Positions 63,673-64,000 of a stretch of DNA of 64,000 bases are shown here, piece by piece. Numbering within the stretch: position 1 is the stretch's first letter; every line of letters begins with the position of its first letter. Source of the stretch: Thalia democratica. Taxonomy: Eukaryota. The stretch is taken from assembly GCA_965202585.1 (NCBI GenBank), contig OZ241826.1:15500001-15564000 (forward strand), read 5' to 3'. The notes beneath the pieces are model-generated. The model did not search any database, was not told where the DNA came from, and saw only the letters and a list, made by a program, of their open reading frames with translations. The translations under genes were made by a program, and so were the position numbers.

Positions 63673-64000
63673 CTGTAATAATATATTTGATTATTATGTA
63701 TCAAGTTTAAACAGTTTGTTGTAACATTTATCACAAAGAGAAATATTTGGTAATGTTCTACTTTTATTTATTTGTGTTTTTACAAGTGTATCTTTCGTAG
63801 TAGAAGTGGTAAATAACAAATTGTTACTGTTACAGTCTGAACAATATATTTGATTATACACGGTACTATATATAAAAAATATATTTATACTTAAACACAT
63901 ATTAAACAAAAAAACAATATGAGTATAGTTCATTGTTGAACTAGCAACAATTTTTTTTAATTTTCAGTTTTTTCATTAAAAACAATTTTTTTTTATTTTA

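Noticed and set aside
63519-63734. ORF-track frame [16 protein letters not shown] as the HUWE1 exon
   Set aside because: Splice phases support the other frame ([14 protein letters not shown]) for exon 63582-63672.
1-64000. tRNA, rRNA, snoRNA or CRISPR features
   Set aside because: No cloverleaf, rRNA motif, paired C/D boxes or spacer-repeat array was seen by eye. Infernal or tRNAscan would be needed to exclude them.

Overview
AT-rich, intron-containing animal DNA. The let-7 variants suggest a tunicate, but that is inference from memory. The right third holds the 3' part of HUWE1 (minus strand, 28 exons reconstructed by hand with consistent phases, UBM region to HECT C-terminus). One HUWE1 intron carries three sense-strand let-7 hairpins. 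The left half holds an orphan acidic ORF, a BTB-less BACK-Kelch gene, a stand-alone PARP-type ADP-ribosyltransferase plus a decayed paralog, a 4-exon secreted phospholipase A2-like gene, a 4-exon RING-H2 gene with a myristoylation-type N-terminus, and several MITEs. About 12 kb (28.4-40.3 kb) has CpG-rich islands but no convincing ORF. The most unusual signal is in HUWE1: 14 splice junctions and the stop codon have short 'echo' copies in the adjacent non-coding DNA. These copies differ from the real exon mostly at synonymous positions (hand count about 26 silent vs 6 replacement codons).
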